64,000 bases of DNA from Octopus vulgaris (Eukaryota), in contig OX597841.1 of assembly GCA_951406725.2 (NCBI GenBank), positions 15,438,001-15,502,000 on the forward strand. The letters run 5' to 3'. The notes under the pieces were generated by a model. The model made no database searches. It had not been told where the DNA came from and was given only the letters and a program-made list of their open reading frames with translations. Made by a program: the position numbers and the translations under genes. Of this stretch, positions 18,594 to 30,883 are shown one piece after another; position 1 is the first letter of the stretch; each line of letters starts with the position of its first letter.

Positions 18594-18653
18594 GCAGTTC
18601 TATCTCACAGCGTCGAAACCGCCAGAGTCCTTAGTGAGACAGCTGACGATGGC
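18594..18653 (+). ncRNA. Hammerhead-like motif with reversed (pseudoknotted) segment order, within a probable Penelope-like fragment (~18481-18960)
   Basis: GCAG-TT-CTATCTCAC-AGC-GTC-GAAA-CCGC...GTGAGACAG-CTGACGA-T-GGC; see findings. Confidence 0.5.
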
Positions 18654-19339
18654 ATAATCTTCAGCATGTATATGTATACTTATAAAAGTATGTACACCGC
18701 ACACCGTTAAATCCCACCCGATGCTTGTCTCTTCACACAGTTACTCCACTTTGTGTGTACATACCCCTCTAACCTTTTCTCTCTTCATAACTACTCTCCA
18801 TAGAACTGCACTTCACCCCGTCCTTAACCTTTTCTTTTCCCTCCTTTTCACCACCCTTCTCGTTTTTTACCTTTCCTCTTAATACTGACTCTTTGTCCAA
18901 AACGTCACGGATACTTTTCCTTTTCATATCTTTTCAAGCGTGAAACTAATAACTTTATAAAAAATTTTCTGTCTCGCATTTTTCTATCTTTTTCTTCAAT
19001 CATCATATATGTGTTATATATAGTAATGCGTGTGTGTGTATTCATAAATGCATATACAACATGCATGCGCATACACATACTTATATACATACATAAGTAC
19101 ATTCGTACATACATACATACATACATACATACATACAGGCATGCATACATACATGTATACATACATACATACATGTATACATGCATCCGTACATACATAC
19201 ATTATTAGAACTGTAAAAGTCTGTAAAACATTCCAAAAGTTTATCATTTAAGTGTATATGAGCATATCTAGATATGTAGCTATATGCATGAGAATACATA
19301 CATAAAACAAAACGTGCAAATCTACACATATTCATTCAT

Positions 19340-19870
19340 ACATACATACATACATACATGCATGCATGCATACATACATACATACATACATTCATACATA
19401 CATACATACATACATACATACACACATACATACATACACACATACATACATACATACATACATGCATGCATGCATATATGCATACGTACATACATACATA
19501 CATACATAAATACATACATAGATGCATACATATATGCATACATACATACATACATACATACATGCATACATACATATATACATACATGCATGCATACATA
19601 CATACATATATACATACATACATACATACATATATACATACATACATACATACATACATACACACATACATACGTACATACACACACATACAAACATACA
19701 TACATACATACAAACATACATACATTCATACATACATACATACATACATACACACTTACATACATACATACAAATATACATACATACATATATACATACA
19801 TACATACATACATACATGCATGCATACATACATACATACATACATACATACATACATACATACATACATA
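19340..19870. repeat. (TACA)n array
   Basis: Directly visible; source of the YIHT/MYVC ORFs. Confidence 0.97.
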
Positions 19871-20678
19871 CAAATATACCCTGTTGTTGATGTTGAAATT
19901 CCAATGAAGGAACCTTGTATCTAGGTTAGAAACCGGTTCTTTCTCTATTGGCGGGAAATCTGGAAATAACTGAATAACGACATACATACATACACACATA
20001 CTTATATATATATATATATATACATAAATACATACAATCATTCACACACATATGGTGGATGATTCAATCCTCACAAATGATTACCCTCTCCATTTGGTTC
20101 CTCATTAGCACCGGCATTTGCGACACTCCATTCATGACCTCTCAGGTGACTATTCATTCCCGTTGCGGGTCGTCTGCACGGTTTTGAAGCATACGTAACA
20201 GGCGAACTTTGTAACTTATTTGTGCTCTTCCGGCTGTTTACGTCGGCACACGTCGCAGACAGGTTTTTTATTTCCCAGTGGATTTGTCTGGAGATGAAAT
20301 GACAAATGAAATAGTCAACAGGAGACATCAGAACGTCATTGGATTATAGAGATAAACGTTTGTATAACACGACTGCCACACTCTGTGTCTCGGCGCTTCG
20401 TACCCAGTGACAGGCCGCCATGTTGTTTAATAATAAATAGCAAATATTTACCGATAACGGAAGTTACCGCTGTCGATACAATCAAATTTATTATGTATGA
20501 TGTTTGTATTAGATATTGTCGTTGCATATGGAAGTATGTATATGTGTATCTTTAAACAAATACACATACACATACACATATATATATATACACATATATA
20601 TATGTAAATATATATAAATATATATATATATATGTATATGTAAATATGTAAATATATATATATGTGTAAATATATATT

Positions 20679-20736
<58 letters not shown>

Positions 20737-20840
20737 CATATATATATATGTAAATATGTATACATGAGTATGTATGCATATATGAAAGCATATGAAAATG
20801 TATGAATATATATGTGTGTGTGTGGATGTGTGGATGTGTA

Positions 20841-20885
<45 letters not shown>

Positions 20886-20965
20886 GCATAAATATATACA
20901 TATACACATATGTATATACATGTGTATATAAGTGCCTGTATATATATGGGTGTGTGTGTGTGTGT

Positions 20966-21011
<46 letters not shown>

Positions 21012-21028
21012 ATATATATATATAAGCT

Positions 21029-21445
21029 TAGGAGTGGCTGTGTGGAAAGAAGTTTGTTTCCAACCACGTGGTTCTGTGTTCAGTCCGACTGCGCGGTCCC
21101 TTGGCTAGGTGTCTTCTAGCCTCAAGCCGACCAAAACCTTGTGAGTGGATTTGGTAGATGGAAACTGAAAGAAGCCCAACATATATACAATTGTATGTAA
21201 ATGTTTATGTGTTTGTGCGTGTATAAATGCGTGTGTGTATGTGTGTGTATGTGTGCGTATGTGTGTGTATGTGTCCTGTGTTTGTTTCCCACCACCGATT
21301 GGCATTCGGTGTTGGCTTGTTTACGTCCCCGTAGCCTAGCAATTTGGTACAAAAAGACTGGCAGAAGATGTAACTGATTTTTCAGAATATATTGTACATG
21401 GATCATTTCGCTCGACTAATATACTTCAAGGTGATGCTCCAGCCC
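21029..21445 (+). mobile_element. SINE family B, diverged full-length copy
   Basis: GGAGTGGCTGTGTGG head, GTGAGTGGATTTGGTAGATGGAAACTGAAAGAAGCCC body, internal GT repeat. Confidence 0.8.
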
Positions 21446-21466
21446 GGCCTGAGTATAATATATACA

Positions 21467-21521
<55 letters not shown>

Positions 21522-21630
21522 ATCACGTGACCGACCAGGCTATCAGATATTGCTACACATCACTGACCACAATGCGCTTCGCACTGTTTTAGCCTTCAAA
21601 TGACGCCACCCCGCTGGCTAAGCGAGCAGG

Positions 21631-21706
<76 letters not shown>

Positions 21707-21804
21707 TGTATGTATGTATGTATGTATGCATGTATGTATGTATATCCCTGATGTTTCCGGAGTGTAGCCTCACCCCCTTTGATGTTTGGAGAACTCAGAT
21801 GTTT

Positions 21805-21894
21805 TTTCGGCTGATGAGTACGGGTCACGTGTATTTGCTGCAATATTTGCAGCCTTAATAAAGGTGGTCTTCGTACGAAACAATTGTACCGAAA
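21805..21894 (+). ncRNA. Type I hammerhead ribozyme with branched stem II, in a Penelope-like element (~21745-22042)
   Basis: TTTCGG-CTGATGA-GTACG...CGTAC-GAAA-CAATTG-TA-CCGAAA. The core is fully canonical and stems I, II and III all pair. Confidence 0.88.
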
Positions 21895-22039
21895 TATTGA
21901 TCCATTTTTGTTGCTTTTTTCTTGTTTATAATCACCCCGCATTATCTTATGGTTAATACCATTTAGATTTCTGGTGCATCTAAGTTAAGTACCGCATTCA
22001 TGTGAATTCAACAGAACTCACTTGAATCTTAATTGCTTT

Positions 22040-22120
<81 letters not shown>

Positions 22121-22135
22121 TATATGTATATATAT

Positions 22136-22196
<61 letters not shown>

Positions 22197-22487
22197 AGCA
22201 TACATACATATATATATAGTGTGAGTTGGGTAAATTGTCACCATTTTATATTTTTAATTCTACACATGCACATTGTTTTTGATTTTGTCGACTACACAGT
22301 ATAGTAGGGTCAGTTGGGTACTAACTGTAAGAAAAATAGCATCTTGACGCAATTCACACTGGAAGAAATTACTGAACGGCACACGTTACTGCTTGGCATT
22401 CTTGCCGGAAGCTCCAATACGAAAATTTCAGAATATTTGGGTGTAAACCTGAGGACAGTGCAATCTGAGGGCATGTACCGAGAGTGA

Positions 22488-22872
22488 GGAGGCACAATGG
22501 CCCAGTGGTTAGGGCAGCGGACTCGCGGCCGTAGGATCGCGGTTTCGATTCGCAGACCGGGCGTTGTGAGTGTTTATTGAGCGAAAACACCTAAAACTCC
22601 ACGATGCTCCGGCAGGGGATGGTGGTGATCCCTGCTCTACTCTTTCACCACAACTTTCTCTCACTCTTACTTCCTGTTTCTGTTGTACCTGTATTTCAAA
22701 GGGCCGGCCTGGTCACTCTCTGTGTCACACTGAATATCCCCGAGAACTGCGTTAAGGGTACACGTGTCTGTGGAGTGCTCAGCCACTTACACGTTAATTT
22801 AACGAGCATGCTGTTCCGTTGATCAGATCAACCGGAACCCTCGTCGTCGTAACCGACGGAATGCTTCCAACA
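22488..22872 (+). mobile_element. SINE family C (tRNA-derived), full length
   Basis: A box TGGCCCAGTGG, B box GTTTCGATTC, 8-bp TSD GAGAGTGA (22480-22487 / 22873-22880). Confidence 0.9.
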
Positions 22873-23057
22873 GAGAGTGATGACAGTCAAACATCCAGCT
22901 AACATCATGCCGTTTGACTTGATCACTAGTGATGTCGACGTTATGCCTCCATTCATCTTCCCACATGGCTTGAGACTCAACACAGGGGCCTACATCATGT
23001 GATTGGAGGAGGTACTGCTCCTTGGGTAAAGAGGTTGACTGCTGCAAGACCCAGTAT

Positions 23058-23341
23058 GTTCAATTTCGATTTCACTTGCCCCAACAGGTCTTCACAAGCA
23101 GAGTTTAGTGTACAATGAAGGAATGTTGGCCCGGGGGCCAGTCGTCAAATTTGGTTCATTTTAAATTTCACTTGCCCCAACAGTGGTTCACAAGCAGAGA
23201 TTAGTGCCCTATGAAGGAGTGTTGGCACGGGTGCCAGTCGTCAAATTTGGTTCAATTTCGATTTCCCTTGCCCCAACAGGTCTTCTCAAGTGTCCAATGA
23301 AGGAATTTTGGCACGGGTGCAAGACGTCAAATTTGGTTCAA
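23058..23341. repeat. 96-bp minisatellite, three copies
   Basis: Units start with GTTCA at 23058, 23154 and 23250 (the third is 86 bp), with a partial unit at 23336. Confidence 0.92.
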
Positions 23342-23962
23342 GGAACAGGAATCTCCACCATACCACGCAAACAGGGGAACCCAGCCATGGTTGTCAAACA
23401 ATTTCTGTGACCACATCACCTCCTAACATCTGGCTACATAACTCCCCAGACTGCAAACCCCCTTGATTACTATGTGGTGGTGGGGGGGGGGGGGGGGCGC
23501 AGTTGAGCGAGAGACCAACAAAACTCCTTGTAAAACCAAAGATGAGCCGAAGGCAAGGATTATGGCAGACTAGGATTATCGAGGAAATAGGTTCCAGGTG
23601 AATGCTGGGGTGTCGCCGTAATCGACTAAAACTTTCTGTTCAAGATTGCTGGCTTTGTGCTATAATTGGAAACGAGTATCATCACCACCACCACCACTAA
23701 CAACAACAACAACAACAATAACAACAACACCGCCACCACTGCAACTACGACCACCCAACACCAACGCCACAATGCATCTACTCCAACCGCTACTCTTCCG
23801 TTGGTACACATTCTCTTCTCTGATTACGTGTGTCTGAGACTTTATGAATCGTTACCAATCATACTACCCCCCCTCTCTCTCTCCCTCACTGTCTCCCTCC
23901 ACCACCTCTCTCTCTCTCTCTCTCTCTCTGACACTTTCAATCTCCACTTCGTTACGTTTATA

Positions 23963-24022
<60 letters not shown>

Positions 24023-24117
24023 GTGTGTGTGTGTGTGTGTCTGTCTATCTGTCTATCTGTCTGTCTATCTATCTATTTACCCTCTGTCTGTGTGTCTGTC
24101 TATCTATCTATCTATCC

Positions 24118-24159
<42 letters not shown>

Positions 24160-24273
24160 ATATATATATGTATATATCTGTCTATCTATCTAATTATCTA
24201 TCTATCTATCTATCTATTTATCTATCTATTTATCTATCTTACTATCTATCCATCTCACTCACATACACACTCA

Positions 24274-24312
<39 letters not shown>

Positions 24313-24682
24313 CCTCCCTCCACCCATCCATCCATCCATCTATCCATCCACCACAACTCATTCCCTTCCTAGCTCCTTCCCAATCCGTCTCCTCCCAAAG
24401 TGCGAACGAACTCACAAAAAAATGTCCAGCTGTTTGAAAATTCTTCGCCGCCATATTATTGTTACGAACGATGTTACCACGTAAGTGGTAGTGGTGGTCG
24501 TGGAAGGAAATAGCTGTTGTTGTTGTTTGGGTGATGTCAGACTGATTTAAGGGTCATTATTCTGGTATTCTGGCGCAGGGTGTGTGTGGGTGAGGCTTTC
24601 GGGTATCGGGTTAGTCTCTGGACAGTGCCACTGTCCGTCTTCCGGGTCTGTCTAATGTCTTGGAGGGTGAAGGGCTAGAAGA

Positions 24683-25190
24683 ATGGTAGGGGTAGTAGTA
24701 GTAGTAGTGTTTGTAGTTGTGGTTGTGGAGATGGAGCTGGTGGTGGTGGTTGTAGTGGTGGTTGTGATGGTGGTAGTGATGGTGGTAGTGGTTGTGGTGG
24801 TCGTGGTGTTGGTGGATGTGGTAGAGGAGGTGGTGGTTGTGGCGGTGGTGATGGTGTTGGTGATGGTTGCGGTGGTGGTGGTGGTAGTTGTGGCGGTGGT
24901 GATGGTTGTGGCGGTGGTGGCGATGGTGGTGGTTGTGGTGGTGGTGGTGGCGGTGGTGATGTTGGTAGTGGTTGTGGTGTTGGTGATGGTTGCGGTGGTT
25001 GTAGTGGTAGTGGTGGTGTTTGTGGTGCTGGTGGTGGTGGCTGTGGTGTTGCTTGTGGTGGTGGTGATGGCGGTGGTGATAGTGATGATGATGATGATGA
25101 TGATGATGATGACAGTGGTGGCGTTTGTACTAATGGTGGTGGTGGCGGTGATGGTGACGGTAACGGACGTGTTTGAAGGGGGTGGTCGTT

Positions 25191-25234
<44 letters not shown>

Positions 25235-25353
25235 GGTGGTTGTGGTGGTGATGGTAATATTAATCCGAGTAGTATCAGCAGTGGTAGTGATCGATGTAGA
25301 GGTAGTGGTATGAAGGTGGTACAAGTTGCCGTATAGTAGTGTCGATAGTTTCA

Positions 25354-25438
<85 letters not shown>

Positions 25439-25444
25439 AAGAAT

Positions 25445-25487
<43 letters not shown>

Positions 25488-25509
25488 TGTGGTGGTGGTG
25501 GTGGTGGTG

Positions 25510-25577
<68 letters not shown>

Positions 25578-25580
25578 TGT
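24683..25580. repeat. Degenerate (GGT/AGT/AGC)n region
   Basis: Directly visible; source of the poly-V ORFs. Confidence 0.93.
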
Positions 25581-26120
25581 GGTAGTAGTAAGGTCAAATG
25601 CAAGACGAGGAGTGAAATGAATGTCAAGATGTAGTTTGTGTTGTAGTTGTGGTGGTGCCATAAAACTAATGATGTGTTCGACAGTGACTGGGGATCGAAC
25701 TCTGCGTGAGATGTATATATAGATGTCTGTCTCTCAGCCATCAAAACCAACGCGCGTGCGTACGAGGGTGTGTGGGGGTTGGGTGGCGCGTGGAGGGGCT
25801 GTGTGCGTGGGGGGGGGGGGGGTGTATGTGTGTCTATGTGTGCGTATGTTTATCTCTGTATGTGCTTGTGTTTGTACGCATGCGTGTTTTTATGTGTGTC
25901 TATGTGTATGTATGTATGTATGTGTGTGTATGTATGTATGAATGTATGTATGTATGTGTGTGTATGTATGTATGTATGTGTGTGTATGTATGTATGTATG
26001 TATGTATGTGTGTATGTATGTATGTATGGATGTGTTTGTGTGTGTATGTATGTATGCAAGCGCATGTGTGTATGGGTGCATGTATGTTTGTAAGTATACC
26101 AATATATAAATGTATGTATA

Positions 26121-26187
<67 letters not shown>

Positions 26188-26210
26188 ATATATATGTATA
26201 TGTATGTATA

Positions 26211-26244
<34 letters not shown>

Positions 26245-26467
26245 CGTGTATGGATATGGATATGTGTGTATATGTGTGTGACCTTCTTCCTCAGTCTCCC
26301 CCTCTGCCAGTCGCCGCCCGCCGTCCCGTGAGAGATCGTTTGATTTGTATGACCTTTGACATTTTCATCGAATTACTCACACCGCTGATAGACAACAGCA
26401 ACAACAACAACACCAGCAACAGTGCGAAACTAATTCAACTACAACGGCGGCTACAACTACTACCACA

Positions 26468-26511
<44 letters not shown>

Positions 26512-26529
26512 CATAACTACTACTACTAA

Positions 26530-26560
<31 letters not shown>

Positions 26561-26648
26561 GCCATTTTTCCATTGTCATAAGACTGCCAGCAGATGGAAT
26601 GACGAATGATGTAAACACACCAACACCGGTTGTCAAATAATGAGGCAG

Positions 26649-26907
26649 AGAAGGCGGCGAGCTGGCAGAATCGTTAGCACGCCGGGCGAAATGCTTAGCA
26701 GTATTTCGTTTGCCGTTACGTTCTGAGTTCAAATTCCGCAGAGGTCGACTTTGCCATTCATCCTTTCGAGGTCGATTAAATAAGTACCAGTTACGCACTG
26801 GGGTCGATATAATCGACTTAATCCCTTTGTCTGTCCTTGTCCGTCCCCTCTGTGTGTAGCCCCTTGTGGGCAGTAAAGAAATAAAGAAATAAAGAAGTAA
26901 AGGAATA
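26649..26907 (+). mobile_element. SINE family A monomer inserted in a minus-strand SINE B (~26600-27060)
   Basis: Head GGCGGCGAGCTGGCAGAATCG, (AAAGAAAT)n tail, 14-bp TSD AAATAATGAGGCAG (26635-26648 / 26908-26921). Confidence 0.9.
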
Positions 26908-27116
26908 AAATAATGAGGCAGGGACAAACACAGACACAAAAATACGCTCTCACACACATATATATACGGCTGGCTTCTTTCAGTTTCCGTCTACCAAATC
27001 CATTCACAAGGCTTGCCCGAGGTGCCATGTTGTGGGACTGAACCCGGAACAATGTAATCGGGAAATGCCTACATATGTTTACACACATCAACACACCACC
27101 ATATATATATATATAT

Positions 27117-27417
27117 CACCGTGACCGACCAGGCTAACAGATGTTGCTACACATCGCTTGTCACAATGCGCTTTAAATTGTTTTAGCCTTCAAATGACTC
27201 CACCCCGCTGGCTAAGCGAGCAGGCCAACAGAAGAAAGAGTGAGAGAAAGTTGTGGCGAAAGAGTACAGCAGGGATCACCACCACCCCCTGCTGGAGCCT
27301 CTGGGAGCTTTTAGGTGTTTGCGCTCAATAAACACTCACAACGCCCGGTCTGGGAATCGAAACTGCGATCCTACGACCGCGAGTCCGCTGCCCTAACCAC
27401 TGGGCCATCGCGCCTCC
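27117..27417 (-). mobile_element. SINE family C head with a second type of 3' tail (tail alone also at 21516-21633)
   Basis: 27240-27417 is the reverse complement of 22488-22665; 27117-27230 matches 21525-21633. Confidence 0.85.
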
Positions 27418-27447
27418 ACACACACTCACACATCCGCTGTATATCTG

Positions 27448-27513
<66 letters not shown>

Positions 27514-27950
27514 GTGTGTGTGTGTGTTGTGTGTGTGTGTACGCTAGATGTCGCTCGACCTTATCCACCAAATATGGTCGATATTAATGAAACCAAGTGT
27601 CAAACACTTTTGGCCTGGCTTTGTTTTTTGTTTTTTGTTCTTTTTCCTCCCTTTCCACGTTGGGGGTGGTTTCGGTGGTAGTGCTGGTGTGGTAGGGTTG
27701 GTAAAGGTGGTAGTCGCCATGGTGATACTCGAGGTGGAGGTTGCGGTGGTGGTAGTGGTGGTAGTGGTATTGGTTGTGGTGTCGGTGGAGGTGGCTGTAG
27801 TAATGGTGGTGGTTTTGAGTGGTGGGTGGTAGTAGTGGTTGTGGTAATGGTAGTTGTGGAGGCGGTGATAGTGCGTTGTTCTCGTTGGAGGCGGTAGACT
27901 TGGTTGTAGCAGTCAGGGTTTTAAAAGCACTAGAAGTAGTAGTAGTAATA

Positions 27951-27996
<46 letters not shown>

Positions 27997-28528
27997 AAAT
28001 TGTATTAGTAGTAATGGTAGTGGTGGTGGTGGGGATTTGATGGAGGTGGTGGAGGTGGCAGTAAGAGTAGTGGTGGTGGTGGTGGCTGTTGTAGTAATAG
28101 TAGTGGTCGTGTTGGTTGTTTTTGTAGTAGTAGTAGTAGTAGTAGTTGTTGTTGTGGCTGTAGTAGTGGTAGTGGTAGTAGTTGTTGTTGTAGTAGCAGT
28201 AGTGGTAGTAGTGGTGGTGATGGTGATGATGGTGGTGGTGGTGGTGGTGAGGGAGGTGGTGGTGGCAGTAAGAGTAGTGGTGGCGGTTGTAGTAATAGTA
28301 GTGGTGGTAATATTTGTTTTTGTAGCAGTAGTAGTAGTAGCGGTGGTGGCGACGGTTGTAGTAACAGTAGTAGTAGTGGTGTTGGTGGCGATGCTTGTAG
28401 TAGTAGTAGTAGTTGTAGTAGTCGTGGTGGTAATAGTGGTGGTGGTGGCGGTTTGTTGGTATCGCTAGTTTTTATTTCGTGTTAGTGTTCATACACTAAG
28501 GTGTTGTCAGACAGTAAAAATGTCGGCG

Positions 28529-28542
28529 CTGCCCCCTACAGG
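28529..28542 (-). promoter_or_regulatory. CTCF-type motif
   Basis: Minus strand CCTGTAGGGGGCAG(CG) in a unique island between microsatellites. Confidence 0.5.
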
Positions 28543-28816
28543 TCAACTTGTCACTTTACACTGACGAGACTAGAAAGAGGGTTGACACAGAGAGAGGGAG
28601 AGAAGGAGATAAGAAGACAATGGCACCCGGTCAGTCGTTCCAAAGTTGATGAGTTACAACGTATCACGTCCATTAGTCACATTTTCAGAAGTGACCGGTG
28701 GTGGCGCTGGTGTTGGCAGTGTGGCGGTGGTGTTGGCGGTGGTGGTGGTGGTGGTAGTGGTAGTAGTGGTGGTGGTAGTGTTAGGGGTGGTAGTGATGGT
28801 TGTAGTGTGGTTGTTG

Positions 28817-28848
<32 letters not shown>

Positions 28849-29202
28849 GGTGACGGTAGTGATGTCGCGTTATAAGAAATGTACATAGGAAGTTTAACTT
28901 CTCAACCACATGGTTCCTGGTTCAGCCCCATTGCGTGACACCTTGAGCAAGTGTCTCCTTTTATAGCCTCAGGCCCAGGGGCGGACTAAGAGTATTAATG
29001 GCTCTCGGTCAGAACTGTTTGCCGGGCCCCTTTAAATGTGTATGTTAGTAGAGTTAACGAGTGTGGGTATATACATATATGTATATATATACATACCTAC
29101 ATACATACATACATACATACATACATACATACATACATACATACATACATACATACATACATACATACATACATACATACATACATACATACATACATAC
29201 AT

Positions 29203-29650
29203 GTTATATTATGGCTGCCCCCTCGTTATCGAGTATGGCCATTGCACGAAGCTTAACTGTTATTGGTGCTGTGATCGAATGTGACTTTTTAGCCCAGACT
29301 TTTTAGCCAATTCTTGTACAGAATTGGCAGCCAAAACCTTTACCGGTAAAAAGCCGGCTGTAGTTGTAACTGGGCTTCATGTACCTTTGCATGTCGTTTA
29401 AGTCCTCCTGCCGAATTACACTCTCTTCCACATGCCCGACAGATATGATTAGTATGGTGTGTTACACCACCACCAGTGGCCAGGTTGTCACTCATCTGTC
29501 TCGTTTTATGACTACAAAGATGGTTCTTGAGTCCAGCTTTACTGAGGCAGGGTCTTGCACAGACATTGCATGTAAGAATCAAAGGAAGACCCTTCCCTTT
29601 TGGAAGTGTAACAGCAATGCCCTTCCTGACATCCCTCCTTACTTTCTCAT
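29203..29650 (-). mobile_element. RTE-like LINE 3' fragment encoding 2-3 C2H2 zinc fingers, embedded in (TACA)n
   Basis: CNVCARPCLSKAGLKNHLCSH and CRACGRECNSAGGLKRHAKVH, plus a frameshifted CQFC..GLKSHIRS. The spacing and GL.SH motif resemble the C-terminal finger of RTE ORFs. There is no TGEKP linker. Confidence 0.65.
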
Positions 29651-29707
29651 GTACATACATACATACATAGATACATACATACATACATACATACATACAT
29701 ACATACA

Positions 29708-29743
<36 letters not shown>

Positions 29744-29820
29744 TATATGTAAGAACTTTTTGCGTAATGAGATAAAAAGAACCAAGGCTGTGTAGATATT
29801 AGAACACTTATAGATAGAAG

Positions 29821-29872
29821 GTCTTACAGCTGTTTCCAGGATATTAATTAATTATATCCCTTCATCAGAGAC
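29821..29872 (-). ncRNA. Type I hammerhead ribozyme motif
   Basis: Minus strand: GTCT-CTGATGA-AGGGATAT-(loop)-ATATCCTG-GAAA-CAGCTG-TA-AGAC; palindromic stem III ACAGCTGT. Confidence 0.85.
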
Positions 29873-30224
29873 GGTGTGAGAGGATGGTTGAGTAATAATT
29901 AATTTAGATAGGATACAAAATATAGAGAGTGAGGTGGAGGAAAGAAAATAGATGTGAGATATGTAGGGATATTGAATTTGCAGATCCATATTTTAGGCAG
30001 AATGGTTTCAATACCTTATAAGAAAGATTCAATCTCATTACGCAAAAAAATTCTTATATACACACGCTGACATATGACCAACGTTGAGCCCCTTATTCGC
30101 AAAAATCATCGAACTTGGAACATAACTATGGTCTGTCTATAGCACTTATTCAGCATTACCTGACACCTTTGGGTCTCAATGACACCATTACCTCTTATAA
30201 CATATATATATATATATATATATA

Positions 30225-30428
30225 TTACGGAGATGTACTTGCATAGCAAGTGACCTGATCTGAGACCGTGTGTTGGAACGAAGACAATTGCAGTGTGGAA
30301 GGTGTTTATAAGCCATTTAAGAAACACACAAAACCGTTGGATTCACTTCAACATTTAAATTTAATTTGTCAAAATATTTTCGTCGCTTTGAGACCGCGAC
30401 CTCTTCACTGACAAAATTCCGTGCTGCA
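30225..30428 (-). mobile_element. ~200-bp repeat family carrying a hammerhead variant (copies at 52251-52457 and 44110-44245)
   Basis: Near-identical to 52251-52457. The HHR-like motif is at 30365-30415 on the minus strand. Confidence 0.75.
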
Positions 30429-30545
30429 TCTCCGAATCGATAAAATAAGTACCAGTTAAACACTGGGGTCGACGTAATCGACTTAATAATCCCTTCCCCC
30501 AAATTTCAGGCGTTGTAACTATAGTAGGAAGAGTTATTACTATTG

Positions 30546-30883
<338 letters not shown>

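Larger units (their letters stand above)
22218..23568 (+). mobile_element. Decayed Tc1/mariner DD37D (maT-type) transposon with nested insertions
   Basis: N-terminal HTH-like TQFTLEEITERHTLLLGILAGSSNTKISEYLGVNLRTVQ (~22346-22463), VMPPFIFPHGLRLNT (~22940) and NSPDC..LDYYV (~23440-23476). Homologous to 36540-36920. Interrupted by SINE C and a 96-bp minisatellite. Confidence 0.85.

Noticed and set aside
22488-22565. Functional tRNA genes at SINE heads (also 32227, 26652)
   Set aside because: A and B boxes are present but there is no closed acceptor stem, and each head runs into a shared SINE body.
23058-23341. CRISPR-like array (also the 184-bp SINE A units)
   Set aside because: Whole units are homologous with no unique spacers, the context is eukaryotic, and there are no cas genes.
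28976-29033. CAGGGGCGGACT DNA-transposon-like terminus
   Set aside because: Only one end is visible, with no matching TIR or TSD.
29340-29732. Host C2H2 zinc-finger gene exon
   Set aside because: No TGEKP linkers, no usable splice acceptor, a frameshifted third finger and microsatellite on both sides; better explained as a LINE 3' end.
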